Counted from the stretch's first letter, positions 12,725 to 21,419 are shown. The stretch: DNA of 34,185 nt from Eubacteriales bacterium (GCA_045535705.1 JAZSMC010000107.1:1-34185); one strand, 5' to 3'. Program-made: numbers and translations. The notes: generated by a model from the sequence alone, not told the origin.

Positions 12725-14191
12725 ATGAAAAATTTGAAAAGAACTGTCAGCCTCATGATTTTGGCGGGAATGTTGACCGCCGGGCTCGCCTCCTGTGTGG
12801 TGAAAGGGGACGGCGAGGGCAGCGGAGAGGTTCCCTCGGGAAGCGAACCCGTATATCAGATCACCACGGGATCCTCGGAAGAAAACAACCCCACCGCGCC
12901 CACCGACGACCCCACCCAGGTGGCTTATACCGCCGTGGATGACTACGTTTACGTTTCTACTGCCAGCGCCGCAGTGAAGCTGGTGTCCGACGTGACGCAG
13001 ACCAAGAACCTGGCGCAGTTGACCGAGCTGCACCGCGTGGGCAAGGCGTCCAACTGGTGCAAGGTGGAGTATGAGGGACAAGAGTATTACATCCGAACCA
13101 AGATGCTTACCACCGACGATATCGGCGAGAAGACCTTTACGGCGTGTGAAAAAACGCTCTATAACATGGGCGATGTGAATATCCGTAAGTATGCTTCCTC
13201 CAACGACACATTCTCCACTCGGCTTACCACTGTGAAAGGTAACGCAATCGCGATCTCCGTGATCGCGCAAAGCGAGCTGAAGGGCTGGAGCAAGGTAAAG
13301 GTGACCGTTGAGGGCAAAGAATACGAGGGCTTCATGAGTACCAAGTATCTTACCACCAATCCTACAGGTGAGGCAGATGACTACGATCAGCACTTCACCG
13401 CATTGACGGCGAAAACTAAAATGTATGTGTCCGTTGGACAGGTTGCGGTTCGCGAAAGACCTTACACCGACGGTTCTGAAAAAGGTGTTTTGACCAAGAA
13501 TACCGAAGTAACCGTGGTTGCCAAGGGAACCGTGGAAGGTATGGAATGGTGTGCCATCGAGTATGAGATTGATTACGAGCTGGTGAACTGCTTTGTTGCT
13601 ACCGATTGCCTTTCCGTAGTCGGCGGAAACCTGGATCAGCTGTTGGCTTTCTATGATGAGCTGGAGAAGTTTGACGAGGTTAAGACCTTCTACGTTAGCG
13701 AGGAAAAGGTGCATACCAGAAGCACTCCTGCCATCATGGACGGCAACTCCGCGGGATTCCTCTATAAGACCAATGCAGTGAAAGCAGTGGCAATGGGTGT
13801 GTTCGCGCAGGAGAACGGTAGCAGTACCATGACTTGGTGCTTGATCGAGGATGGAAAAGGCGGTTATTGCTTTATTTCCTACGGCGTTCTTACCAGCAAT
13901 TCCGACGGTACGCCTGCGCCTGCGGTCACCGACGTAAACTTCCTCATTGAGAAGTACGATTTCACCAAGGTGACGGGCGACGTTTCCAAGAAGTTCAAGG
14001 TTGACGACAGCGGCTTGTATGGCGAGCCTACCACCACGGGAACCTGCAAGAAGTTGGCGAAGGGAACCGTTGTGAAGGTGGTCGCAGAGGGTGAAACCAC
14101 CACCAAGTACGGCACGACCAACGGTTGGTATATCGTGGAATATAACGGTAACTACTACTTTGCTTTGCAAAAGGTTTTGGAAAACGCATAA
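12725..14191 (+). CDS. Lipoprotein with about five bacterial SH3 (SH3b) repeats
   Basis: 488 aa. Lipobox LTAGLASC. Recurrent SH3b-like blocks: NWCKVEYEGQEYYIRTKMLT, GWSKVKVTVEGKEYEGFMSTKYLT, MEWCAIEYE, MTWCLIEDGKGGYCFISYGVLT, NGWYIVEYNGNYYFALQKVLE. Confidence 0.88.
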   Translation: MKNLKRTVSLMILAGMLTAGLASCVVKGDGEGSGEVPSGSEPVYQITTGSSEENNPTAPTDDPTQVAYTAVDDYVYVSTASAAVKLVSDVTQTKNLAQLTELHRVGKASNWCKVEYEGQEYYIRTKMLTTDDIGEKTFTACEKTLYNMGDVNIRKYASSNDTFSTRLTTVKGNAIAISVIAQSELKGWSKVKVTVEGKEYEGFMSTKYLTTNPTGEADDYDQHFTALTAKTKMYVSVGQVAVRERPYTDGSEKGVLTKNTEVTVVAKGTVEGMEWCAIEYEIDYELVNCFVATDCLSVVGGNLDQLLAFYDELEKFDEVKTFYVSEEKVHTRSTPAIMDGNSAGFLYKTNAVKAVAMGVFAQENGSSTMTWCLIEDGKGGYCFISYGVLTSNSDGTPAPAVTDVNFLIEKYDFTKVTGDVSKKFKVDDSGLYGEPTTTGTCKKLAKGTVVKVVAEGETTTKYGTTNGWYIVEYNGNYYFALQKVLENA

Positions 14192-14208
14192 GCAAAATTT
14201 CAATCGAA

Positions 14209-14240
14209 AAGGACACAGCCGAGGGGGTTGTGTCCTTTTC
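14209..14240 (+). terminator. Probable terminator of the SH3b lipoprotein gene
   Basis: AAGGACACA-loop-TGTGTCCTT followed by TTCC (a short U-run). Confidence 0.5.
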
Positions 14241-14276
14241 CAAACAAAATCATGAAATTGAAAAAGAGGTAAGACC

Positions 14277-14492
14277 ATGAAAAACCAGACCGAATTGACG
14301 GTTCGTTTGCCCGAGGACGTGCTTCGCAAGCTGATCTATATTTCCGAAGCAGAGGACAGAACGCCGAATAATCACATTCTGATGCTTCTGCGGAATAACA
14401 TTCAGTATTTTGAGCGCGCCAAGGGACATATTCCCCCCGCAGCCTTGCAGAAGATCCAATTGGAGCCGTCGAAAGACGGGAAGTCGGAGTGA
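14277..14492 (+). CDS. Small ribbon-helix-helix (CopG/Arc-like) DNA-binding protein, 71 aa
   Basis: AGAGG RBS. TELTVRLPEDVLRKLIYISEAEDRTPNNHILMLLRNNIQYFE fits a beta-strand plus two helices. Confidence 0.6.
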   Translation: MKNQTELTVRLPEDVLRKLIYISEAEDRTPNNHILMLLRNNIQYFERAKGHIPPAALQKIQLEPSKDGKSE

Positions 14493-14516
14493 ATCCGTCT
14501 TCTTTGTGAAAATCTA

Positions 14517-14545
14517 TTGCATTTTGATGGAAAATCGTGTATAAT
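14517..14545 (+). promoter_or_regulatory. Sigma-A type promoter upstream of mrnC
   Basis: TTGCAT (14517-14522), 17-nt spacer, TATAAT (14540-14545). Confidence 0.55.
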
Positions 14546-14577
14546 AATCGTATCGGAAATCGGAAAGGAGATGCGCC

Positions 14578-14961
14578 ATGATTCCGCTCAATGAGATCAG
14601 TACGTCGGCGTTGGCGTATCTTGGGGATTGCGTGTTGGAGCTGCGGGTTCGTGAGCTGTTGGTGAAACGGGGACTTTCCAAGTCGGGACACCTCAACGCC
14701 GAAGCTCTGCGCTTCGTTCGGGCATCCGCCCAGGCGGAAGCCATGGAGCGTATTTTGCCCCTGCTGACCGAGGAAGAAACGCGAATTTACAAACGGGGGC
14801 GCAATTCGGGACACCTGAACGTGCCAAAAAGCGCCAGCCAATCTCAATATCGCACCGCAACGGGGATGGAAGTGCTGTTCGGCTATCTGCATTTGTCGGA
14901 GCAAGCCCAAAGAATCGAAGAATTGTTCGAGGCAGCATATCCCCAAACCGAAAATGAATGA
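14578..14961 (+). CDS. mrnC: Mini-ribonuclease 3
   Basis: 127 aa. RNase III-like signature ALAYLGDCVLELRVRELLV. AAGGAG RBS. Confidence 0.85.
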   Translation: MIPLNEISTSALAYLGDCVLELRVRELLVKRGLSKSGHLNAEALRFVRASAQAEAMERILPLLTEEETRIYKRGRNSGHLNVPKSASQSQYRTATGMEVLFGYLHLSEQAQRIEELFEAAYPQTENE

Positions 14962-14991
14962 AATTTACCCAATTGAAAGGAATTTATAAAA

Positions 14992-15495
14992 ATGAAACAT
15001 CCAAAGATCGCAATTACCGTCCGTGACTACGGCACCATGACCGCAGAGCTGTACCCCGAAAAAGCGCCCAAGACCGTTGAGAATTTTCTTTCTCTGGTGG
15101 ATCAGGGCTTTTTCTCGGGACTGATCTTTCACCGCGTGATCAAAGGCTTTATGATCCAGGGCGGTGGCTTTGACGAGAGCTTCGAGCATAAGGAAGCAGG
15201 CGCTATCTACGGTGAATTCAAGGCAAACGGCTTTATGGCGAACGACTTGCACCACGCCCCGGGCGTGCTTTCCATGGCGCGCACCCAGGATCCCAACTCG
15301 GGATCTTCCCAGTTCTTCATCATGCACAAGGACGCATCCTATCTGGACGCTCAGTACGCGGGCTTTGGACAAGTGGTCGATGGTATGGATATCGTGGACC
15401 GTATCGCGTCGGTTCCTACGGGACGGATGGGTTGGTACGACGACGTTCCCAAGACGCCCGTCGTGATCGATAAAATCGAGAGAGTCGAAGACTAA
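14992..15495 (+). CDS. ppiB: Peptidyl-prolyl cis-trans isomerase, cyclophilin type
   Basis: 167 aa. FHRVIKGFMIQGGG and SMARTQDPNSGSSQFFI are cyclophilin motifs. Confidence 0.92.
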   Translation: MKHPKIAITVRDYGTMTAELYPEKAPKTVENFLSLVDQGFFSGLIFHRVIKGFMIQGGGFDESFEHKEAGAIYGEFKANGFMANDLHHAPGVLSMARTQDPNSGSSQFFIMHKDASYLDAQYAGFGQVVDGMDIVDRIASVPTGRMGWYDDVPKTPVVIDKIERVED

Positions 15496-15514
15496 CGAAT
15501 GAAAAGAGGTTCTT

Positions 15515-15997
15515 ATGAACGTTAAACTGTTGAAATTGATGGAACGGGACGCCCACACCTCGGTGGCGGATATGGCGACCATGCTGGGAATGACCGAGGA
15601 CGCGGTACGCGCGGAGATCGACGAGATGGAGCGCGCGGGCATCATCCGCGGATACAAGACCGTGGTGGACTGGGAGCGTCTGGACGACGCCTTCGTTTCC
15701 GCCATCATTGAATTGAAGGTCACGCCCAAGGCAGGCTTGGGCTTTGAGGACGTTGCCGCCAAGGTGATGAAATATCCCGAGGTGGAGTCGGTTTATCTGA
15801 TGTCGGGCGTTTACGACCTGAACGTAGTCGTAAAGGCAAAGACCTTCCACGAGGTCGCAAAATTCGTTGCAAAGGAGCTTTCCACCATCGAGTCGGTGAC
15901 TTCCACCGCAACTCATTTCGTCCTCCGCCGTTACAAGGAGATGGACGTGGAGCTGCTGGGGGACGGCGTGGATGAGAGAGGCAGTTATTCATTCTGA
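15515..15997 (+). CDS. Lrp/AsnC-family transcriptional regulator
   Basis: 160 aa. N-terminal wHTH (LLKLMERDAHTSVADMATMLGMTEDAVRAEIDEMERAGIIRGY) plus a C-terminal RAM/AsnC_trans_reg domain. Its stop overlaps the next start codon. Confidence 0.85.
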   Translation: MNVKLLKLMERDAHTSVADMATMLGMTEDAVRAEIDEMERAGIIRGYKTVVDWERLDDAFVSAIIELKVTPKAGLGFEDVAAKVMKYPEVESVYLMSGVYDLNVVVKAKTFHEVAKFVAKELSTIESVTSTATHFVLRRYKEMDVELLGDGVDERGSYSF

Positions 15998-17178
15998 TGG
16001 ATTATTCAAAAATTCTATCCCCCGTTGTGACGGCGGTCCCGCCGTCGGGGATCCGAAAATATTTTGACATTGCCGAATCCATGCAGGGCGTGATCTCATT
16101 GGGTGTGGGAGAACCCGATTTTCCAACTCCGTGGGAGATCCGCAAGGCGGGAATCCTGTCGCTGGAGTCGGGAAAGACCAGATACACAGCCAACCGCGGC
16201 TTGATGCAGCTGCGCCGTGAGATCTCGGCGTATATGGATCGGAAATATCAGATGCAGTTTGATCCGGACGGAGAGATCCTGGTGACGGTGGGTGGCTCGG
16301 AAGCCATTGATATGACCTTGCGCGCCATCATATGCCGGGGAGATGAGATCATCATCCCTCAGCCCAGTTACGTTTGCTACGAGCCCATGGTTCGGTTTTG
16401 CGGCGGAACTCCCGTGGTGCTGGAAACCACGGCAGAGCATGATTTCAAGGTGACGCCCGAAATGCTCCGAGGCGCCATTACATCCAAAACCAAGGCGCTG
16501 ATCCTGCCCTATCCCTGCAACCCCACGGGAGCGATCATGGAGCGGGAGGATCTGGAGGCGTTGGCGGAGGTGCTGAGGGGGACGGATATCGTAGTGATCT
16601 CGGACGAGATCTACGCCGAGCTGACCTTTGGCGGGAAACGTCACGTTTCCATCGGCTCGCTTCCCGAAATGCGGGACCGTTGCGTGATCATCAACGGATT
16701 TTCCAAGACCTATTCCATGACGGGATGGCGCATGGGCTATGCCTGCGGTCCCCGTGAGATCATCGAGCAGGTGACCAAGATCCACCAGTACGCCATCATG
16801 TCGGCGCCCACCACGGCGCAGTACGCCGCCATCGAGGCGCTCCGAAACGGCGACGAGGCGGTGCAAAAAATGTATGAGGAATACGATATGCGTCGGCGGC
16901 TGATCGTCAGCGGCTTCAACAAGATCGGGTTGACCTGCCGAGAGCCGAGGGGGGCGTTTTACGCGTTTCCGTGTATTCGCTCCACGGGGATGACCAGCGA
17001 CGAGTTTTGCGAAAAATTGCTGTATTCCCAAAAGGTAGCGGTGGTGCCGGGCACGGCGTTCGGCGCGGGGGGCGAGGGATTCGTACGCGCGTCCTACTGT
17101 TATTCAACCGAACACATTAAGGAAGCTCTTTCGCGGATTCAGCGGTTCTTGAAAGAGATCGGTGCGTCGGAATCATAA
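15997..17178 (+). CDS. PLP-dependent class I/II aminotransferase (aspartate/aromatic type)
   Basis: 393 aa. PLP-lysine motif NGFSKTYSMTGWRMGY. Translationally coupled to the Lrp/AsnC gene. Confidence 0.9.
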   Translation: MDYSKILSPVVTAVPPSGIRKYFDIAESMQGVISLGVGEPDFPTPWEIRKAGILSLESGKTRYTANRGLMQLRREISAYMDRKYQMQFDPDGEILVTVGGSEAIDMTLRAIICRGDEIIIPQPSYVCYEPMVRFCGGTPVVLETTAEHDFKVTPEMLRGAITSKTKALILPYPCNPTGAIMEREDLEALAEVLRGTDIVVISDEIYAELTFGGKRHVSIGSLPEMRDRCVIINGFSKTYSMTGWRMGYACGPREIIEQVTKIHQYAIMSAPTTAQYAAIEALRNGDEAVQKMYEEYDMRRRLIVSGFNKIGLTCREPRGAFYAFPCIRSTGMTSDEFCEKLLYSQKVAVVPGTAFGAGGEGFVRASYCYSTEHIKEALSRIQRFLKEIGASES

Positions 17179-17217
17179 CGACGCGGGTTTGATAACAAAA
17201 CAAAAGACTGCAGGCGC

Positions 17218-18570
17218 TCAATGGAGCTCCTGCGGTCTTTTCATATGATCTTTTACATGGTTTATCAAGGTTTCCTTGTCGTTGGGGAGATCGCCGTCGA
17301 TCACGGCGTCCAGAAGCGTTTGCAGTGCCGCTCCGATCTCTTTGCCCGATGGGTAGCCCAACGCCATCAGATCGTCCCCCTTCACCGCCAGCGTCTTCAA
17401 CGACAGGCAAGCGTTTTCTTCTCGGATCCGCTCCACGATGACGGGGATCTCGTCAAGATAGGCAGGGGGCTCGGAATAGTCGGGGGCGTGCGCCAGACGG
17501 TCACACCGTTGGATCTCCAACAGCTTTTGCAAGCCGTCCTCGCCGTAGCGCAGGATGGCGCGCTTCACGTGCTTGTCTTCGGGGATCAGGGGTACGTCGT
17601 GGTATTTCACCAGCTTTAATAGCAAATCCCGCGTGGCGTTATCGAATCGGAGCCGTCGCAGGATGCCGTCGCAAAGCTCCACCCCCGCTTCTGCATGACG
17701 GGGAAAATGTCCACCCGCTTCGTCTTCCACAAAACAAAGGGGTTTTCCAATGTCGTGAAACAAAATTCCAAGACGGGTCACGAGATCATGGCTTTCGGTC
17801 TGCTCCAGGGCGCGGAGTGTGTGCTCCCAAACGTCGTAGCAGTGGTATTTGGATCTTTGATCGAATCCGAAAGAAGGGGCGATCTCGGGGATGAATTCCG
17901 CGATCACGTCCCCGAATTCTCGCAGGATCGGCACGGCGCGCTTGCCGCAGAGCAGCTTGCAGAATTCCTCTCGGATCCGCTCGTTGGCAATGTTTTTCAG
18001 CAGATGCTTGCAATGATGCACCGCGTCTGCCGTTTTTTCGTCCAAGGAAAAATCAAGCACCGACGCGAACCGAAGGGCGCGCAGGATCCGAAGTCCGTCT
18101 TCTTCAAAGCGCGTTTGAGGATCTCCCACGCAGCGGATGATGCCGTCTGCAAGATCCTTTTTGCCGCCGAAACAATCCACCAATCCAACCTCCGGGGAAT
18201 ATGCCATGGCGTTGACGGTGAAATCCCGACGGGAAAGATCGTCCCGCAATTCTTTTGAGAAGGTGACGCTGACGGGATGGCGGTTATCCGCATAGTCGCC
18301 GTCCAGGCGGTAAGTGGTGATCTCCAGCAGCTCTCCCTCGTGGAGCACTGCCACGGTGCCGTGCTTCATGCCCGTGTCGATGATGCGGTGATCCGAAAAG
18401 CAGGCTGCCGTTTGCTCGGGAAGGGCGTTGGTGGTAAGATCCCAGTCGTTGGGGGCTCGTCCGAGCAGGGAATCCCGCACGCATCCACCCACTGCGTAGG
18501 CTTCAAAGCCGTGCCGCTTCAGCCGTTCCATGGCAAACGCCGCGCCTTTTGACGGCGTAATGGAGATCAT
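17218..18570 (-). CDS. cca: CCA-adding tRNA nucleotidyltransferase with a C-terminal HD domain
   Basis: 450 aa. GGCVRDSLLG nucleotidyltransferase motif, RDFTVNAM, and HD motif (LFHDIGKP). Confidence 0.9.
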   Translation of the reverse strand: MISITPSKGAAFAMERLKRHGFEAYAVGGCVRDSLLGRAPNDWDLTTNALPEQTAACFSDHRIIDTGMKHGTVAVLHEGELLEITTYRLDGDYADNRHPVSVTFSKELRDDLSRRDFTVNAMAYSPEVGLVDCFGGKKDLADGIIRCVGDPQTRFEEDGLRILRALRFASVLDFSLDEKTADAVHHCKHLLKNIANERIREEFCKLLCGKRAVPILREFGDVIAEFIPEIAPSFGFDQRSKYHCYDVWEHTLRALEQTESHDLVTRLGILFHDIGKPLCFVEDEAGGHFPRHAEAGVELCDGILRRLRFDNATRDLLLKLVKYHDVPLIPEDKHVKRAILRYGEDGLQKLLEIQRCDRLAHAPDYSEPPAYLDEIPVIVERIREENACLSLKTLAVKGDDLMALGYPSGKEIGAALQTLLDAVIDGDLPNDKETLINHVKDHMKRPQELH

Positions 18571-18635
18571 ATCACTCCCCCCTTTCCGAATATAGTATGG
18601 ATCATCTGACGGTATTTTTAAAATGCGTTGTTGCC

Positions 18636-19142
18636 TTAAAATTCAAACAGCTTTCCCTGATTTTTCTTCAAAGGATAATAGAGGATCATCCCAAGCAGAT
18701 AAGCGGACAGCAGTTCTCCGATCCCAACCGTGAGGAACAGGAAGGGAAGTCCCTCTTCCACGCGGTAGGCGTAAGCCAGAACGAAGGGGACGATGACGGT
18801 GTTGCTGATGACGGTGGGAAGTGGCGCGATGTAGGGCTTTTTCCGCAGAAGCCACCCGCCCCACGCCCCAAGAAGCGTTGCCAGCGATCCGAACAGAACG
18901 TCGGTTGGCAGGCATCCCGTCACCAGATTGGAGATCAGGCATCCCAGGGTAAGTCCGGGGATGGCGGCGGGAGTGAAGACCGAAAGGATGCAGAGCGCTT
19001 CCGAGAGCCGCAATTGGATGACACCGCTTGCCAGACCGAACAGAGAAGTCACGTAGGTAAGAGCGGTGTAGAGCGCGGCGATGATGGCGGCGTAGCAGAC
19101 GGTACGGGTGCGTTGGCGACGGGTGGTTTTTCTTGATTGCAT
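18636..19142 (-). CDS. queT: QueT-family queuosine-precursor transporter (ECF-type S component)
   Basis: 168 aa from the ATG at 19142 (MQSRKTTRR...), 8 nt after AGGAGA. It is multi-pass membrane protein with the QueT-like block SGVIQLRLSEAL. A preQ1 riboswitch precedes it. Confidence 0.8.
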   Translation of the reverse strand: MQSRKTTRRQRTRTVCYAAIIAALYTALTYVTSLFGLASGVIQLRLSEALCILSVFTPAAIPGLTLGCLISNLVTGCLPTDVLFGSLATLLGAWGGWLLRKKPYIAPLPTVISNTVIVPFVLAYAYRVEEGLPFLFLTVGIGELLSAYLLGMILYYPLKKNQGKLFEF

Positions 19143-19150
19143 TTTTAATT

Positions 19151-19191
19151 CTCCTAGTTTTGTTTTTCGTGAGGATGGTTCCGAACTCACG
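19151..19191 (-). promoter_or_regulatory. preQ1-I riboswitch with the Shine-Dalgarno sequence in its 3' tail
   Basis: Minus strand: CGUGAG-UUCGGAACCAUC-CUCACG-AAAAACAAAACUAGGAG. It has a 6-bp P1, a 12-nt loop starting UUC, and an A-rich tail ending ACUAGG. Compare the B. subtilis queC aptamer AGAGG-UUCUAGCUACAC-CCUCU-AUAAAAAACUAAGG. Confidence 0.8.
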
Positions 19192-19202
19192 GGGCGAAGC
19201 CC

Positions 19203-21077
19203 TTAAGATTCTTTTTGTATCAGATCGGCAAGCTCGCCGTAAAGATAGAGGGATCCCAGACAGATCAAGGGGACGTTGGCGTTTTTCGCGTGGGAAACAG
19301 CCGCTTTTACCCCCTCGTTTACCGTGGAATGAGCCGACGCATCCACTCCGTGGGCACGGAAATGGGCGGCGTATTCCTCGGCGGGAAGGGCGCGTGGATT
19401 GGCGGGGGTGACGGTGAACACGCGGTCAGCCACTTGGCTGATGCAGTCGATCATGACCTCAAAGTTTTTGTCACGCATCACGCCCGTGAGGATGTCGACC
19501 TTTTGGTCGGGGAAATAGGTTCGGATCGTATTCACTGCCGAGGCGATTCCCTGAGGATTGTGGGAGCCGTCGAAGAAAACGAGAGGGGAGTCCTTCAGCT
19601 TTTCAAAACGGGCGTGCCACTTCACGGTTGCAAGTCCCGTCCGAACGGCAGATTCGGGGATGTTCCACTTACCCGTTGCGTTGAGCAACTCAATGGCGGA
19701 AAGAACGTTGACCGCGTTTTGAGGCTGATAGGTTCCCAAGAGAGGGAGCTTCAGTTCTTTCCATTCACCAAAATCCATCACCGTGCCGTCCACCGTCATG
19801 GATCTGACCGAAAGACGGGTGGGATCCACGGTGTAAAGCCGAGTGCCTTGCGCGTCTGAAATGTTTTTCAGCGTTTGGTAAACCGACGCGTCCGAGCCAC
19901 CGTAGAGAACGGGACAGCCCGACTTGATGATGCCGCCTTTTTCTGCGGCGATAGCTTCCAGGGTGTCCCCCAGAAGATCGGTGTGGTCGAAGTCGATGCC
20001 CGTAATGACGGACAGGATAGGAGCTTGAATGACGTTGGTGGAATCCAACCGTCCGCCCAGCCCCACTTCCAGCACCACGACGTCGCAGTTATGACGCTTG
20101 AAATAGAGGAAGGCAATGGCGGTGATCAACTCAAATTCGGTGGGCTTGTCTTCCATGGAATCGGCAATGGGGCGCACCTGCTCGGTCAGCTCCACCAGCT
20201 CCTCGCGGCTGATGTTTTCGCCGTTCACACGCATCCGTTCATTGAATTCCTTGATGAAGGGTGAGGTGTAAAGCCCCGTTTTGTAGCCTGCCGTCCGAAG
20301 AATGGATTCGGTCATGGCGCAGAAGGAGCCCTTGCCGTTGGTGCCTGCCACGTGAATGAATCTCAGGTCCTTTTCGGGATGTCCCAGCGCGTCGCAAAGG
20401 GTAGTGATCCGTTCCAATCCCGGCTTGCAGAAATGCCCGCTGACCGAGTGAATATAGCGAAGCGCCGACTGATAATCCATGGGCTCGAATTCGGATGTGT
20501 CGGGAGTCTGCGGTTCTTCGCCCTTGGGGGGGATGCCCGAGCCAACGGCGCCGATCATAGCTTGAAAGCTGCGGTTGCGGAACAGCAGACAGAGCAGGAT
20601 GATCTCAATGGGAACGATCATCAGATAGAGAGGGATCCGCCAGAGGACCGCCCACCCATAAAATTGGTAAAGTCCGATGGGCTTGATGATCATGGAGCCC
20701 ACGATATGGGCGGAGAAGGCGGAGAGAATGATCTGTGCCGTTCCCCGTTTCCGGATCACGAAGTGGGACATGATCCCCGAAATGAATCCCACCGAGAAAG
20801 CGCCGAAGGTGACGATCAGGTTGGGGGGATAGATCTGTGGGGACAGCAGATAGCTGACCAGGTCCGTGGAGATCCCCACGATGCCGCCAATGATGGGACC
20901 AAACAGGATCCCCGACAGGATCACGGGCAGATTTTCAAAGGTGATACGGAACAGTCCGTTTCCAAAATTCAGAAAATTCTTGCAGAATGCGCCGATGACC
21001 ACGCTGACGGCGGTGAGCATTGCGGCGGTGGTGAGAATCTTCAAGCTGGGAAAGATGGACGAGCGGTGTTGTTTCAT
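19203..21077 (-). CDS. folC: Fusion protein: folate ECF-transporter S component (FolT-like, about residues 1-190) plus folylpolyglutamate synthase/dihydrofolate synthase (FolC)
   Basis: 624 aa from the ATG at 21077 (MKQHRSSIF...), after an AAAGGAGGG RBS. The N-terminal multi-TM region has RITFENLPVILSGILFGPIIGGIVG. The C-terminal Mur-ligase-type region has HVAGTNGKGS and the remainder of FolC. Confidence 0.85.
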   Translation of the reverse strand: MKQHRSSIFPSLKILTTAAMLTAVSVVIGAFCKNFLNFGNGLFRITFENLPVILSGILFGPIIGGIVGISTDLVSYLLSPQIYPPNLIVTFGAFSVGFISGIMSHFVIRKRGTAQIILSAFSAHIVGSMIIKPIGLYQFYGWAVLWRIPLYLMIVPIEIILLCLLFRNRSFQAMIGAVGSGIPPKGEEPQTPDTSEFEPMDYQSALRYIHSVSGHFCKPGLERITTLCDALGHPEKDLRFIHVAGTNGKGSFCAMTESILRTAGYKTGLYTSPFIKEFNERMRVNGENISREELVELTEQVRPIADSMEDKPTEFELITAIAFLYFKRHNCDVVVLEVGLGGRLDSTNVIQAPILSVITGIDFDHTDLLGDTLEAIAAEKGGIIKSGCPVLYGGSDASVYQTLKNISDAQGTRLYTVDPTRLSVRSMTVDGTVMDFGEWKELKLPLLGTYQPQNAVNVLSAIELLNATGKWNIPESAVRTGLATVKWHARFEKLKDSPLVFFDGSHNPQGIASAVNTIRTYFPDQKVDILTGVMRDKNFEVMIDCISQVADRVFTVTPANPRALPAEEYAAHFRAHGVDASAHSTVNEGVKAAVSHAKNANVPLICLGSLYLYGELADLIQKES

Positions 21078-21158
21078 AAAAAAATCCCTCCTTTTCCACC
21101 CATATGGCGGAACGAGAGGGGCGCCGACGGTAGTCGGCGGAGCGCAAGTCTGCCCTAT

Positions 21159-21299
21159 GAAGCGGGATGCAAAGCATGAACCGTAGGGACAGTCGCCTTC
21201 TGCATCAGAATGCGAAAGCCCCCTTTCGTCCACCCGACAACTCCCCGTCCGGGCGGCACTGGAGAAACTTTCGTTCCAACGCCCATGCTTTTACTCTTC
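21159..21299 (-). promoter_or_regulatory. THF (tetrahydrofolate) riboswitch, class I-like, with an expanded internal region
   Basis: Minus strand: GAAGAG-UAA-AAGCAUG-GGCGUUGG ... GGUU-CAUGCUU-UGCAUCC-CGCUUC. This parallels the E. siraeum aptamer GGAGAG-UAG-AUGAUUC-GCGUUAAG ... GGU-GAAUCAU-UGCAUCC-GCUCC, with complementary P1 and P2. A downstream CCCUC element could pair with the GGAGGG Shine-Dalgarno sequence. Confidence 0.7.
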
Positions 21300-21331
21300 A
21301 ACAGATCGTATTTCGCGTATGCGATACTAAT

Positions 21332-21360
21332 ATTATAAATGCAGAAGCGAAAATTGTCAA
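21332..21360 (-). promoter_or_regulatory. Sigma-A type promoter of the THF riboswitch-folT/folC unit
   Basis: Minus strand: TTGACA (21360-21355), 17-nt spacer, TATAAT (21337-21332). Confidence 0.6.
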
Positions 21361-21419
21361 TGCTTTTTTGCAGATTTTTCTTTTTTTGAAAATTTTTTCA
21401 TTTAAAATAGTTTAACTGC

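Noticed and set aside
12386-14329. 647-aa minus-strand ORF
   Set aside because: It lies entirely antisense to the well-supported SH3b lipoprotein gene (12725-14191). The product is low-complexity and Gly/Arg/His/Val-rich, typical of shadow ORFs in G+C-rich coding DNA. It has no RBS and would run through a strong + strand promoter.
14200-15762. 248-aa and 265-aa minus-strand ORFs (14200..14946 and 14965..15762), plus further antisense or out-of-frame ORFs across 16096-22217 and 25259-28288
   Set aside because: All overlap strongly supported sense genes: mrnC, ppiB, lrp, the aminotransferase, cca, folC, rbr, birA, rluA and the hydrolase. None has an RBS or a family signature.
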